In this document: piece after piece, positions 52,550 through 62,830 of the stretch
Layout of the letters: each line of letters begins with the position of its first letter
Position numbering within the stretch: the stretch's first letter is position 1
NCBI GenBank assembly: GCA_963727485.1
Contig: CAVSGM010000002.1
Coordinates: 1,664,001-1,728,000 of the forward strand
Length of the DNA stretch: 64,000 nucleotides
Direction: 5' to 3'
Origin: an uncultured delta proteobacterium
Lineage (GTDB): Bacteria; Myxococcota; Myxococcia; SLRQ01
The notes under the pieces: generated by a model
The model's input: only the letters and a program-made list of their open reading frames with translations
What the model was told of the DNA's origin: nothing
The model's database searches: none
Program-made: the position numbers and the translations under genes

Positions 52550-54358
52550 ATGGCGAAGCGACGCAGACGGATCACCAACGCCGAGGTGGGCGCGGCCCTC
52601 CGGGAGCTCTCGCAGTACCTGGAGATGGACGAGGTCGCCTTCAAGCCCCGGGCCTTCGAGAAGGCCGCCTACGCGGTGGAGGCCGAGGGCCAGCCGGTGC
52701 AGGCGCGCTACGCCGACGGGGGCGCCAAGGCGCTCGAGGCGATCCCCTCGGTGGGCGAGGGGATCGCCGAGCGCATCGCCGAGCTGCTCACCCGGGGCGA
52801 GATCGCCGACCTCGAGGCCTACCGGAAGAGGTGGCCGGTGGACCTCGCGGCGCTCACCCGGGTGGAGGGGGTCGGCCCCAAGACCGTGCGCACCCTGCAC
52901 GAGGCCCTGGGCATCCGGACCCTCGACGACCTCGCCCGGGCGGTGGCGGCCGAGGAGGTCCGCGGCGTGCCGGGCTTCGGGGCGAAGAGCGAGCAGAAGA
53001 TCCAGGACGGCCTCGAGCTCGCCCGGGCCGCCGCCGGGCGCACCCCGCTGGGCCAGGTGCTCGAGCAGGCGGGGGCCATCGAGCAGCGCCTGGCCCAGGT
53101 GAAGGGCGTCGCCCGGGCCGAGGTCGCCGGGTCCATCCGCCGGCGCCGGGAGACGGTGGGCGACATGGACATCCTGGTGTGCGCCGCCGATCCCGGGCCG
53201 GTGACCGAGGCCTTCGCCACCATGCCCGAGGTGGTCCACGTCCACGGCCGGGGCGAGACCAAGACCTCGGTGCGCTTGGGCCGGGGCCTCGACTGCGATC
53301 TGCGGGTGGTGCCGGCCGAGAGCTTCGGGGCGGCGCTCCAGTACTTCACCGGGAGCAAGGCCCACAACGTCGCCCTGCGCAAGCGGGCGCAGAAGCGCGG
53401 GTGGAAGCTCTCGGAGTACGGCCTCTTCGAGGGGAGCACGCGCCTCGCCGGGCGCACCGAGGCCGAGATCTACCAGAAGCTCGGCCTGGCCTGGGTGCCC
53501 CCGGAGCTCCGGGAGGACCGCGGGGAGCTCGAGGCCGCCGAGCACGACGCCCTGCCCCGGCTCATCGAGCCCGGCGACCTCGAGGGCGACCTCCAGGTCC
53601 ACACCACCTGGACCGACGGATCGGCCTCGGTGGAGAAGATGGCCCAGGCCGCCCGGGACCTGGGGCGGACCTACCTGGTGATCACCGACCACACCCGGGA
53701 CCTGACCATGGTCGGGGGCCTCGACGAGGCGGGGCTCCGCCGGCAGATCGCCGAGATCCGCAAGGTGGACGCGCGCCTCGACGGCATCCGGGTGCTCGCC
53801 GGCGCCGAGGTGAACATCCGCGAGGACGGAAGCCTCGACGTCGACGACGAGGTCCTCGCCGAGCTCGACGTGGTGGGCGCCGCGATCCACAGCCACTTCC
53901 GCCAGGGGCGCGCCGAGATGACCCGGCGGATCGTGAAGGCCCTGGAGAACCCGCACGTCGACCTCCTCCTCCACCCCACCGCCCGGGACCTGCGGCACCG
54001 GCGGCCGGTGGACCTCGACCTCGAGGCGGTGATCGAGGCGGCCCTGAAGACGGGCACCATCCTCGAGATCGACGCCCAGCCCGATCGCCTCGACCTCCCC
54101 GACGAGGCGGTGCGCCAGGCCGTGGCCGCCGGGTGCCTGGTGGCCATCGACTCCGACGCCCACGCCCCCGAGGAGCTGCGCTACCCGGAGGTCTTCGGGA
54201 TCCCGGTGGCGAGGCGGGGGTGGGCGACGCCGGACGACGTGGTGAACACCCTCGCCCTCGAGGACCTCCTCGCGGCCCTGAAGGGCGGGGGGAGGCGGCG
54301 GCGGGCGAGGAACAAGCGCGGGAAGCGCCAGGGCGGTCGCGTCGAGGCGCACCGCTGA
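52550..54358 (+). CDS. polX: DNA polymerase X-PHP domain protein
   Basis: AGSIRRRRETVGDMDIL, DLRVV, YFTGSKAHN, PPELRE; PHP motifs VHTTWTDG, ITDH, IHSHF, DSDAH. Confidence 0.95.
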   Translation: MAKRRRRITNAEVGAALRELSQYLEMDEVAFKPRAFEKAAYAVEAEGQPVQARYADGGAKALEAIPSVGEGIAERIAELLTRGEIADLEAYRKRWPVDLAALTRVEGVGPKTVRTLHEALGIRTLDDLARAVAAEEVRGVPGFGAKSEQKIQDGLELARAAAGRTPLGQVLEQAGAIEQRLAQVKGVARAEVAGSIRRRRETVGDMDILVCAADPGPVTEAFATMPEVVHVHGRGETKTSVRLGRGLDCDLRVVPAESFGAALQYFTGSKAHNVALRKRAQKRGWKLSEYGLFEGSTRLAGRTEAEIYQKLGLAWVPPELREDRGELEAAEHDALPRLIEPGDLEGDLQVHTTWTDGSASVEKMAQAARDLGRTYLVITDHTRDLTMVGGLDEAGLRRQIAEIRKVDARLDGIRVLAGAEVNIREDGSLDVDDEVLAELDVVGAAIHSHFRQGRAEMTRRIVKALENPHVDLLLHPTARDLRHRRPVDLDLEAVIEAALKTGTILEIDAQPDRLDLPDEAVRQAVAAGCLVAIDSDAHAPEELRYPEVFGIPVARRGWATPDDVVNTLALEDLLAALKGGGRRRRARNKRGKRQGGRVEAHR

Positions 54359-54369
54359 AGGAGACGACG

Positions 54370-55197
54370 ATGAAGGTCCACGAGGTGATGACGCGCCGGG
54401 TGGTGACCATCCCCGCCGAGGCGGTGGTGGCCCAGGCCCTGGAGAAGCAGTGGTTCGCCGGAATCCGCCACCTCCCGGTGACGCGCGGGGGCGAGGTGGT
54501 GGGCGTGGTCGACCGCGCGGCGCTCCTCCGGCGGCTCACCGTCGGCGGCGGCCGCGCCGAGCTCACCGCGCCGGTGGGGGAGGTGATGCAGGCCCTGGTC
54601 GCCACCGCCCGCCCCGACGAGGACGTGGAGGTGGTGGCCCGGCGCCTGGTGACCCGGGGCCTCGGGTGCCTGCCGGTCCTCGACGGCGCCGACCTGGTGG
54701 GCATCGTGACCGTGAGCGATTTCCTCGGCCGCTTCCTCCCCGCGCCCGCCGCCGAGGGCCGGGGCCCCAAGGTGACCGAGGTGATGCACCGGGATCCGTT
54801 GGTGGCCCATCCGGACGACCACCTCCTCGACGCGGTGGCCAAGATGTCGAAGAACCAGGTGCGCCACCTCCCGGTGGTCGACGGCGAGGGGAAGCTGGTG
54901 GGCCTGCTCACCGATCGCGACGCCCGGACCGCGGTGGGCGACCCGGTCCGCGCCCTCTTCGACGCCACGCCCCGGGCGGTGATCGAGGCCCTGCCGGTGT
55001 CGGCGGTGATGACCCGGGAGGTGCTCACCGTGGACCCGGACGCCCGGCTCTCGGCGGTGGTCTTCGCCCTGACCAGCTGGCGGGTGGGGGCGGTGCCGGT
55101 GGTCGATGCGGACGGGCGGCTCCTCGGCATCGTCTCCTACGTCGACGTGCTCCACCACGTGCGCCTCACCCCGGCGGCGCCCGAGGCCCGGGCCTAG
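54370..55197 (+). CDS. Protein with four CBS domains
   Basis: IRHLPV, GCLPV, VRHLPVVD, GAVPVVD repeats. Confidence 0.9.
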   Translation: MKVHEVMTRRVVTIPAEAVVAQALEKQWFAGIRHLPVTRGGEVVGVVDRAALLRRLTVGGGRAELTAPVGEVMQALVATARPDEDVEVVARRLVTRGLGCLPVLDGADLVGIVTVSDFLGRFLPAPAAEGRGPKVTEVMHRDPLVAHPDDHLLDAVAKMSKNQVRHLPVVDGEGKLVGLLTDRDARTAVGDPVRALFDATPRAVIEALPVSAVMTREVLTVDPDARLSAVVFALTSWRVGAVPVVDADGRLLGIVSYVDVLHHVRLTPAAPEARA

Positions 55198-55211
55198 CGC
55201 CGGCCCCCCGG

Positions 55212-56420
55212 CTAGAGCACCAGCAGCGGGGCGTCGAGGATCCCGGCCCAGAGGCTCGGGAGATCGGCCAGGAGCGATCGGGCCACGTCCTCGGCGGCGG
55301 CGACCACCCGGTGGGGGTCGGCGCCCTCGGCCTCGCGCACCCGGAGGTGGAGGAGCTGGGGGGTGTCCACGGGCTGGCCGATGCGGCTGACCAGCACGCA
55401 GCTCGCCTCGGCGATCCCCGGGACCCGCTCCACCAGCTGGTGGGCCATCCGCCCGGCGGCGACGTTGTAGATCTTGCCCACGTGGCTCACCGGGTTCTTC
55501 CCGGCCACCGACTCCAGGGTCATGGGCCGGTAGGGGGTGATGAGGCCCCCGGCGCGGTTGCCCCGCCCCGCCTCGCCGTCGTCGCCGGCCTCCGCCGAGG
55601 TGCCGGTGACGGTGAGGAAGACCGACCCGGTCGACAGGTCGTCGGCGGCGTTCACCGTCGCCGCCACCTTCCCCTCGAGGACCCCGCCGGCGAGGGTGTC
55701 GACCCAGGCCACCAGGTCGTCCCGGCGCCGCCGGTAGTCGGCGAGGTCGGCGAGCCACCGGTCCACGAACGCGACGGCGACGGTGAGCTCGACGGCGTCG
55801 CCCTGGCGCACGGCCATCAGCTTGGTGTCCTCGCCGAGCTCCGGGTGGGCGGCCCGGGTCTCGGGGGCGGTGAGGGTCTCGCCGATGCGGCGCACCGCCC
55901 GCTCCAGGGGCGAGTGGGGGAAGAAGCCGACGCCGATGGAGGTGTCGCCCGCGAGCAGGCGCCCGGTGTCCGCGGCCCGGAGGAAGAGGTCGACGAGGTC
56001 GGCGGAGCCGGGCCGCAGCCGCACCTCCACCCGGACCTGCGCCTCGGGGTCGAGGGCGTGGAGGTGCTCGGAGAGCCAGGCCCGGGTGGCGGCCTCGGCG
56101 AGCTCGGCGACGGGGATGGGCTCGCCCTTGGCCTCGAAGGTGGCGCGGCCGGCGAGGACCACGGTCATGGGCTCGAGGATCTCGCCGCCCCCAAACGCCG
56201 GGCGGCTCCGCCCGCCGACCAGCAGCACCTTGTCCACGTTGTGGTGCAGCACGGTGCCGAAGCGGGCGAGGTAGTGGCGCGAGAGGGCCCGGCTCACCGC
56301 CTCGGCGATGCCGTCGCAGAGTGTGTCCGGGTGCCCGAGGCCCTTGCGCTCGACCACCTCCACCGGGCCGTCGCCGGGCGGCGGCGCCGGATCGCGTCCG
56401 ACGACCAGGGATGTGTCCAT
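55212..56420 (-). CDS. mat: Archaeal-type methionine adenosyltransferase (SAM synthetase)
   Basis: VERKGLGHPDTLCD, HHNVDK, GEDTKLM, LTVTGTSAEAGDDG..GRGNR, GKNPVSHVGKIYN. Confidence 0.92.
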   Translation of the reverse strand: MDTSLVVGRDPAPPPGDGPVEVVERKGLGHPDTLCDGIAEAVSRALSRHYLARFGTVLHHNVDKVLLVGGRSRPAFGGGEILEPMTVVLAGRATFEAKGEPIPVAELAEAATRAWLSEHLHALDPEAQVRVEVRLRPGSADLVDLFLRAADTGRLLAGDTSIGVGFFPHSPLERAVRRIGETLTAPETRAAHPELGEDTKLMAVRQGDAVELTVAVAFVDRWLADLADYRRRRDDLVAWVDTLAGGVLEGKVAATVNAADDLSTGSVFLTVTGTSAEAGDDGEAGRGNRAGGLITPYRPMTLESVAGKNPVSHVGKIYNVAAGRMAHQLVERVPGIAEASCVLVSRIGQPVDTPQLLHLRVREAEGADPHRVVAAAEDVARSLLADLPSLWAGILDAPLLVL

Positions 56421-56487
56421 GGCTTCCCCCTTGGGCGGGAAGCTAGGACGTGTCCGGGGCCGGCGCCCGATCGGACTGGCGCGGTGG

Positions 56488-57231
56488 CTAGCGCCCCGGG
56501 GCCTCTGCCGGCGGGGGCGCCACCCTGGCCGAGGCCCGGAGGACCGCCGCCGGGAGCCGCGGGTGGAGGGTGAGCCCCCCGGCGCCGGAGAGCATCAGCT
56601 CGTAGACCTGGCCTTCGACCACCTTCACGTGGGGGGCCTCGCCCTCGGCGACCCGCACCCCCGCCTTCGCCGCCGCCGCCGGGTCGTTGGCGAGCCGCCA
56701 GAAGCGCTCCCAGATCGACCGCTGGAAGGCGTCGGGCCCGCCGTCGACCCGGTCCACCTCGGGGACCACCTCCCCGTCGCTCGCGCGCCACAGGGGCGGG
56801 CCGTCGGCGGGCTTCGACTGGTCGGAGAAGGCCCGGCGGAAGAGCAGCAGCCCGTGACCCTTGAGCCCGTCGCCGGCCTCCACGAAGCGCCGGTCGAAGC
56901 GCACCACCCAGGCGTCGACGTAGACCTCGGTGCCCGGGAGGGTGAAGCGCCGGGTGAAGATTGCCTGCTGGGTCCCCGGGGCGTACTGCACGAAGGTCAG
57001 GGCCATGGTGGCCTTGCCGGTCGCCGGGTCCCGGGCGACGGAGTCCACCTTGAGGTCGGCGACGAGCTGGGTGGACCACACCCGGTCGAGGCGGGCCTCG
57101 AGGGTCTCGATGAGCTGGCGCTGGGCCTCGAGCTTCCGCTCGGTGTCGAAGTGCTGCCACCCGAGCCACGCCCCCACGCCGGCGCCGGCGAGGAGGGCCA
57201 CCGCGAGGAGGCTGCCGACGATCCGTCCCAT
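56488..57231 (-). CDS. Membrane-anchored hypothetical protein
   Basis: N-terminal TM, short coiled coil; host codon usage. Confidence 0.7.
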   Translation of the reverse strand: MGRIVGSLLAVALLAGAGVGAWLGWQHFDTERKLEAQRQLIETLEARLDRVWSTQLVADLKVDSVARDPATGKATMALTFVQYAPGTQQAIFTRRFTLPGTEVYVDAWVVRFDRRFVEAGDGLKGHGLLLFRRAFSDQSKPADGPPLWRASDGEVVPEVDRVDGGPDAFQRSIWERFWRLANDPAAAAKAGVRVAEGEAPHVKVVEGQVYELMLSGAGGLTLHPRLPAAVLRASARVAPPPAEAPGR

Positions 57232-57273
57232 GCCGGGAGCCTACCCGATCCCGGCGCCCTATACTTGCGAGGC

Positions 57274-58449
57274 ATGAAACCACGCGATCCCGCGACCCTC
57301 GCGGTCCACGCCGGGGAGGCCCCGGATCCCGCCACCGGCGCCCTCGATCCGCCGGTGGTCCTCGCCAGCGCCTTCGCCTTCCCCACCGCCGAGGACGCCG
57401 CCGCGCGCTTCGCCGGCCGGGCCGAGGGCTACATCTACAGCCGGTGGAAGAACCCCACCGTCGAGGTCCTCGAGGGGAAGGTCGCCGCCCTCGAGGGGGC
57501 CGAGGCGGCGGTGGCCACCGCCAGCGGCATGGCGGCGGTCCACGGGGCCATCTCCAGCCTGGTGGCCTCGGGGGATCACGTCGTCGCCCCCCGGAGCCTC
57601 TACGCCGAGACCGCGCGGATGCTCCAGGCGCGCCTCGGCCGCTTCGACGTGGACACCACCTTCGTGGACTTCGCCGACCTCGAGGCGGTGCGGGCGGCGG
57701 TGCGCCCGCGGACCCGGATCCTCTTCGCCGAGACCCCGGCGAACCCGACCCTCTCCATCACCGACCTCGAGGCGGTCGCCAAGATCGCCCACGACGCCGG
57801 GGCCTGGTGCCTGGTGGACAACACCTTCGCCACGCCCTACCACCAGAACCCGATCGCCCTCGGCGCCGACCTGGTGATCCACGCGGCCACCAAGGCGCTG
57901 TGCGGCCACGGCGACGCGGTGGGGGGCGTGGTCGCCGGCGAGGCCGAGCTGGTGGATTGGGTGCGCGACGAGACGGTGCGGCAGGTGGGCGCGGCGATGG
58001 CGCCGCTCACCGCCTGGATCATCACCCGGGGGATCCGCACCCTGGCGCTGCGGGCGACCTGGTCGGCCCGGAGCGCCATGGCCCTGGCCGAGCGCCTCGA
58101 GGGGGACGGGCGCATCGCCCGGGTCTGGTACCCGGGGCTCCCAGGTCACCCGGGCCACGCCATCGCCCGGCGGCAGATGCGCCGGGGCTACGGGTCGGTG
58201 CTGTCCTTCGAGCTCGAAGGCGGCCTCGAGGCCGGGCGCAGGCTCCACGACCGGGTCGAGGTGATCACCCGGGCGGTGAGCCTCGGGGACACCCGGAGCC
58301 TGCTCACCCACCCGGCGACCACCACCCACGCCTCCATGAGCGAGGCGGCCCGGGCCGAGGCGGGGATCCCCGAGGGGCTGGTGCGCCTGGCGGTGGGCAT
58401 CGAGGACCTCTCGGACCTGTGGGACGACCTCGACCGGGCCCTGGGGTGA
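57274..58449 (+). CDS. Cys/Met metabolism PLP enzyme (methionine gamma-lyase/MetZ-like); possibly leaderless
   Basis: YSRWKNPT, SGMAA, ETPANP, DNTFATP, HAATKALCGHGD, VSLGD..HPA..TH; TATACT at 57260-57265, 8 nt before ATG. Confidence 0.92.
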   Translation: MKPRDPATLAVHAGEAPDPATGALDPPVVLASAFAFPTAEDAAARFAGRAEGYIYSRWKNPTVEVLEGKVAALEGAEAAVATASGMAAVHGAISSLVASGDHVVAPRSLYAETARMLQARLGRFDVDTTFVDFADLEAVRAAVRPRTRILFAETPANPTLSITDLEAVAKIAHDAGAWCLVDNTFATPYHQNPIALGADLVIHAATKALCGHGDAVGGVVAGEAELVDWVRDETVRQVGAAMAPLTAWIITRGIRTLALRATWSARSAMALAERLEGDGRIARVWYPGLPGHPGHAIARRQMRRGYGSVLSFELEGGLEAGRRLHDRVEVITRAVSLGDTRSLLTHPATTTHASMSEAARAEAGIPEGLVRLAVGIEDLSDLWDDLDRALG

Positions 58450-58467
58450 TGTGCTAACAACCGGTCC

Positions 58468-59442
58468 ATGGACACCCTGAACGTCGCCCTGGTGGGCCCC
58501 GGCGGGATCGCCGATCGCGCCTTCGGTCCCGCCCTCGCCCACGTCCCCGGGATGCAGCTGTGGAGCGTGTGCTCCCGGAGCCTGGAGCGGGCCGCCGCCT
58601 TCGCCACCCGTCACGGCGCCGCCTCGCCCACCCCGGCCTACGACGACCTCGACGCGCTGCTCGCCGACCCCGACCTCCACGCGGTGATCCTCGCCACCCC
58701 CGACGGCCTCCACGGCGCCGAGGGCCTGAAGGTCGCCGCCGCCGGGAAGCACCTGCTGGTGGAGAAGCCGATGGTCACCTCGCGCGCCGACGGCGAGGCC
58801 CTGGTGGCGGCCTGCGCCGAGCACGACGTACGCCTCGGGGTCGCCTACCACCTGCGCTGGCACGCCGGTCACCGCCGCCTCCACCACGCGGTGCAGCAGG
58901 GCGCCCTCGGCGAGCTGCGCCACCTGCGGGTGCAGTGGACCTTCCGGGCGGCGAGCGACGAGAACTGGCGCGCCCACGACGCGGTGGGCCGCTGGTGGAG
59001 CCTCGCCGGGGTGGGGACCCACTGCCTCAATCTGGCGCGCTGGTTCCTCCGGCCCACCCAGGGCGAGGTGGTGGAGCTGTCCTCGGTCATCTCCCGGGAG
59101 GTGTTCCACGGGCCCCACGACGAGACCGCGGTCCTGGCCCTGCGCTTCGAGGGCGGGGCCACCGCCGAGGTGGTCAGCTCGGTGCTCTTCGACGCCACCC
59201 CGCGGGTGGAGCTCTTCGGGAGCCAGGGGAGCGCGGTGTGCAAGGGGACGCTGGGGCCCCACGGCTCGGGGCAGATCCGGCTCTCGGGCCGGCCCTTCGA
59301 GTACACGCCCCGGGACCCCTACGAGGGCGAGCTCGCCGACTTCGCCGACGCCATCCGCCGGGGCCGGGACCCGGAGGTCGACGGCCTCGAGGGGCTGAAG
59401 AACGTGGCGCTGCTCCTGGCGGCGGTGGGCGACGGGGTGTGA
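58468..59442 (+). CDS. Gfo/Idh/MocA oxidoreductase
   Basis: VALVGPGGIA, ATPDGLH, KHLLVEKP. Confidence 0.92.
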   Translation: MDTLNVALVGPGGIADRAFGPALAHVPGMQLWSVCSRSLERAAAFATRHGAASPTPAYDDLDALLADPDLHAVILATPDGLHGAEGLKVAAAGKHLLVEKPMVTSRADGEALVAACAEHDVRLGVAYHLRWHAGHRRLHHAVQQGALGELRHLRVQWTFRAASDENWRAHDAVGRWWSLAGVGTHCLNLARWFLRPTQGEVVELSSVISREVFHGPHDETAVLALRFEGGATAEVVSSVLFDATPRVELFGSQGSAVCKGTLGPHGSGQIRLSGRPFEYTPRDPYEGELADFADAIRRGRDPEVDGLEGLKNVALLLAAVGDGV

Positions 59443-59519
59443 GGAGGGGCGACCTGCGCCCACCCCACCCTTGACAGTGGACCGGGGCCCTGCCCACGAT
59501 CCGCGCGGGGGAGCACCTC

Positions 59520-61022
59520 ATGGCACTCGACCGGTTGGGCCCCGCCTGGGCCGCGCTCCAGACCGAGCTTCGCGCCCGGGTCCGCGCCCTGGTGGTGGAT
59601 GACGAAGCGGTGGTCCGGGAGCTGTTGACCAGCGTCCTGGAGATGTCCGGCTACACCGCCGAGTCGGTGGAGACGGCGGAGGCGGCCCTGGAGGCGGTGC
59701 GGGCCGGGCGCTTCGACCTGCTGGTCACCGACAAGAACCTCCCCGGCCACGACGGGGTCGACCTCATCGCCCAGCTCCGGGCCGAGGGCTTCGACCTCCC
59801 GGCGGTGCTGGTCACCGGCTATCCCTCGCCGGAGACGATCTCCGCGGCGCTGGCCCGGGGGGCCGCCGACTACATCACCAAGCCCTTCGACGACGTGGGG
59901 CACGTGCAGAAGCGCATCGAGTCGGTGGTGGAGCAGCACCGGGCGGGGATCCTCTTCGACCGCATCGTCCAGGACCTCAAGGACGTGGTCGCCGCCGAGG
60001 GCGCCGGGGCCGAGGTGATCGGCCAGGTGGCCCGGGCGCTCTTCGCCTTCAAGCAGGCCCTGGCGGCGCGCCCGGACGTGCTGGTGGTCGAGCCCGACCC
60101 GCGCCTGGCGCGCCTCACCAGCCTCTTTCTCGGGGGCGCCGGCCTCAAGGTGGTGCGCCCCTCGGAGGTGCGCTCGGTGCGCGCCTGGGTCGAGGCCGCC
60201 GACGGACCGCTCTCGGTGTTTCTCTCCCTCGACGTCCCCGACGCGGTGGACCTGGTGCGCGACCTCGCCCACCGGGACCTGGAGGTGGAGATCGTGGTCA
60301 GCGGCCGGGCCTCCCAGCCCGACGAGGCCATCGAGGCGGTGGCCGCCGGGGCCAGCGACTTCGTCCTCGGGGCCCAGGAGGGCCTGGACCTGCTGGCCGC
60401 CCGGGTGAAGCGCGCCGCGGCCCGCGCCCGCAAGCACCGCCTCTACCTCCACCTCCTGGCCACCCTCTACCAGGCGGGGCAGTCCCTGGGGACCGACGTC
60501 GCCGAGCGCCTCGCCTCGGTGGTCCCCGAGTCCCAGCGGCCCCACCTCGCGGCGCTGGCCGAGCCGGCGGGGGCGCTCCCGGAGGAGGACGTCGATCTCG
60601 ACGACCTCTTCGAGGACGAGAGCCCGGACCTGCGCCTCGACATCGACGTGGCGCCCATGGCCGAGGCCGCCCGCGGCGCCGACGCCTTCGCCGGCGCCGG
60701 CGCCGAGCGGGTCCGCGTCGGCGAGCAGATCGCCTTCGGGATCGACACCCTCGACCCCAGCCGCACGGTGCAGGTGCCCCTCACCGACCTCCTGCGCGTC
60801 TACGCCACCCTCGGCGAGCTCATCCGCTTCTTCCACGAGCCGGCCCACTTCGCCGACGCCGAGCGGGTGCGCGCCTTCATCGGCGACGCCCAGAGCGGCG
60901 CCCTGGCGGCGATGGTGCGCAGCTACTACGAGGACCTCCGGGCGGTGCTCCCGCCCGACGTGGTGCGGGACCTCGACGCCGGGCGCTTCGACCATCCGCG
61001 GCGGCCCACGTACCTCCCGTAG
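59520..61022 (+). CDS. Multi-receiver-domain response regulator with uncharacterised C-terminus
   Basis: LVVDDE..DKNLPG..YITKPF; second degenerate receiver; TTGACA at 59471 upstream. Confidence 0.85.
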   Translation: MALDRLGPAWAALQTELRARVRALVVDDEAVVRELLTSVLEMSGYTAESVETAEAALEAVRAGRFDLLVTDKNLPGHDGVDLIAQLRAEGFDLPAVLVTGYPSPETISAALARGAADYITKPFDDVGHVQKRIESVVEQHRAGILFDRIVQDLKDVVAAEGAGAEVIGQVARALFAFKQALAARPDVLVVEPDPRLARLTSLFLGGAGLKVVRPSEVRSVRAWVEAADGPLSVFLSLDVPDAVDLVRDLAHRDLEVEIVVSGRASQPDEAIEAVAAGASDFVLGAQEGLDLLAARVKRAAARARKHRLYLHLLATLYQAGQSLGTDVAERLASVVPESQRPHLAALAEPAGALPEEDVDLDDLFEDESPDLRLDIDVAPMAEAARGADAFAGAGAERVRVGEQIAFGIDTLDPSRTVQVPLTDLLRVYATLGELIRFFHEPAHFADAERVRAFIGDAQSGALAAMVRSYYEDLRAVLPPDVVRDLDAGRFDHPRRPTYLP

Positions 61023-61106
61023 GAGCGTCCGCGCCGCTGCCCTAGGAGCGTCCGCGCCGCTGCCCTAGGGGCGTCCGCGCCGCTGCCCTAGGGGCGTCCG
61101 CGCCGC
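61020..61106 (+). repeat. 23-bp tandem repeat TAGG(A/G)GCGTCCGCGCCGCTGCCC, ~3.8 copies
   Basis: Seen directly; first unit starts at the stop codon of the upstream gene. Confidence 0.9.
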
Positions 61107-61181
61107 GGCCCGGGGCCGGCTGTCCGGCTCCGACGGCGCAGACGCCGAGGTCGCCGGACAGCCGGCCCCGGGCCGCGGCGC
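61100..61181. repeat. Perfect 29-bp inverted repeat between convergent genes
   Basis: 61100-61128 is the exact reverse complement of 61153-61181. Confidence 0.9.
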
Positions 61182-61223
61182 TGTGTAGCTGGGCGCCTGG
61201 CCCGCCGGGGGCCGAGGGGGCCG

Positions 61224-61862
61224 TCAGCTCTTGTGGTGCGCGTCCGCCGGGCGCTTGAGGTTGAAGTCGGCGGTGGCGGTCTTGCCGCCGGTGACCACGA
61301 TGTCCTGGGTCTTGGCCTTCAGGTGGCTGTTCCACACCGCGAGCTGGTAGTGGCCCGGGGGCACGCCCCGGATGGTGTAGGTGCCGTCGGTGTGGACCAC
61401 GGCCTCGAAGGGGTTCTGGTTCACGAACACCCAGGCGTTCATCGACGGGTGCACCCAGCACTTCTGGCGGTAGGCGCCGACGTGCTTGTCGAAGTGGTAG
61501 GTGCGCATCTGGCCGTAGTCCCAGACGCCGAGGTTGTAGGTCTCGTGGTCCGGCGAGTACACGTTGTGCTGCACGTGCTCCTTGTTGAGGTACTCCACGG
61601 TGTCCCCGAAGCTGATGGCGAGGACGTGGGGCTCGAACTGGTGGTTCTGGTCCTTCATCACGTAGGCCTTCTGGGTGAAGGCGCCGGGGGCGTGGACCAC
61701 GTAGACCACCGTCTCGTTGAGCCACTTGCCGGTCAGGTTGGTGACCTCGCCCTTGATGGTGCCGGTCGACGCCGCGGTCGCGGGCGTGGGACCGGCGCCG
61801 ACGAAGACCAGCACCAGGAGCACTACGAGGACAAAGAGACCGCTGCGACGCTTCATCACCAT
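61224..61862 (-). CDS. Secreted cupredoxin-like protein with carboxypeptidase-regulatory-like domain
   Basis: Signal peptide; HNVYS and CWVHPSM type-1 Cu ligands; DGTYTIRGVPPGHY. Confidence 0.8.
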   Translation of the reverse strand: MVMKRRSGLFVLVVLLVLVFVGAGPTPATAASTGTIKGEVTNLTGKWLNETVVYVVHAPGAFTQKAYVMKDQNHQFEPHVLAISFGDTVEYLNKEHVQHNVYSPDHETYNLGVWDYGQMRTYHFDKHVGAYRQKCWVHPSMNAWVFVNQNPFEAVVHTDGTYTIRGVPPGHYQLAVWNSHLKAKTQDIVVTGGKTATADFNLKRPADAHHKS

Positions 61863-62112
61863 CTCCTCCGAAACACGAGTGGGTATACGGTCCGGTAGTC
61901 TTGCCTGCCCCCGCCGCGCGTTGCAAGGCTCTCGAAGGCACCGCGCCCGCTTCCGCGGCGGTTCGACGCAACGCGGCAAACGGGGCACGCTGGCCCGCGT
62001 GGGGGGGGCACGACGCACCCCCGAAGGTGGGCATCCGCATCCCCTGAGGCGAGGGGCGGCGACGGGCGCTCGCCCTTCCCGGGCTCTGCCTCGCCCTGGG
62101 CGGTGAACCCGG

Positions 62113-62721
62113 CTACCTGGCGAGGGAGAAGTCCGCGGTCGCGGCGCCCCCGGCCTTCACGGTCACCGGCTGGGGGCCGGCCTGGAAGTGGCTGTTCCAC
62201 ACCGCGACCTGCCAGGTGCCCGGGGGGATGCCGGCGAGGGTGTAGCTGCCGTCCTCCGAGACCACCGCCTGGTAGGGGTTCTGGTTCACGAAGACGTAGG
62301 CGAGCATGGTGGGGTGGACGCTGCACTTCTGGGCGTAGGCGCCGGTGTGCTGGTCGAAGGTGTAGCTCCGGCTCTGGCCGAAGCCCCAGACGCCGAGGTT
62401 GTAGCCCTCGTGGTCCGGGGAGAAGACGTTGTGGCCCACGTGGTCGCGGTTCTCCCACTTGACCGTGTCCCCGAAGGTGATGGCGAGGACGTGGGGGTGG
62501 AAGTGGAGCGCCTTCTGGGTCATCACGTGGGTCTTGGGGGCGTAGGTGCCGGGCACCTTCACCAGGTACACCACGGTCTCGCCGAGGTACTGGTCACCCG
62601 GCGTCGTCACCTTGCCGGTGAGGGTCCCGCCCTCGGCGGCCCTGGCCGCTCCGTAACCTGCGACTCCCACACCGACGGCGATCACCGCCGCCAGCGCCAT
62701 CCACCTGGTGCGCGTGCGCAT
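62113..62721 (-). CDS. Paralogous secreted cupredoxin-like protein
   Basis: HNVFS, CSVHPTM, DGSYTLAGIPPG. Confidence 0.8.
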   Translation of the reverse strand: MRTRTRWMALAAVIAVGVGVAGYGAARAAEGGTLTGKVTTPGDQYLGETVVYLVKVPGTYAPKTHVMTQKALHFHPHVLAITFGDTVKWENRDHVGHNVFSPDHEGYNLGVWGFGQSRSYTFDQHTGAYAQKCSVHPTMLAYVFVNQNPYQAVVSEDGSYTLAGIPPGTWQVAVWNSHFQAGPQPVTVKAGGAATADFSLAR

Positions 62722-62830
62722 GGCCTCGTCCTCCCCTGGTCGTGAGGCGTTCCCCCTGGGAGGCAGGGTGGGCACGCGCCGGGCGGAGGCAAGTCCCGGG
62801 AGGAGCGGGGGTGCTCGAGGCCTTGCCCGG

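Noticed and set aside
61020..61106. Possible mini-CRISPR array
   Set aside because: Units are contiguous with no spacers
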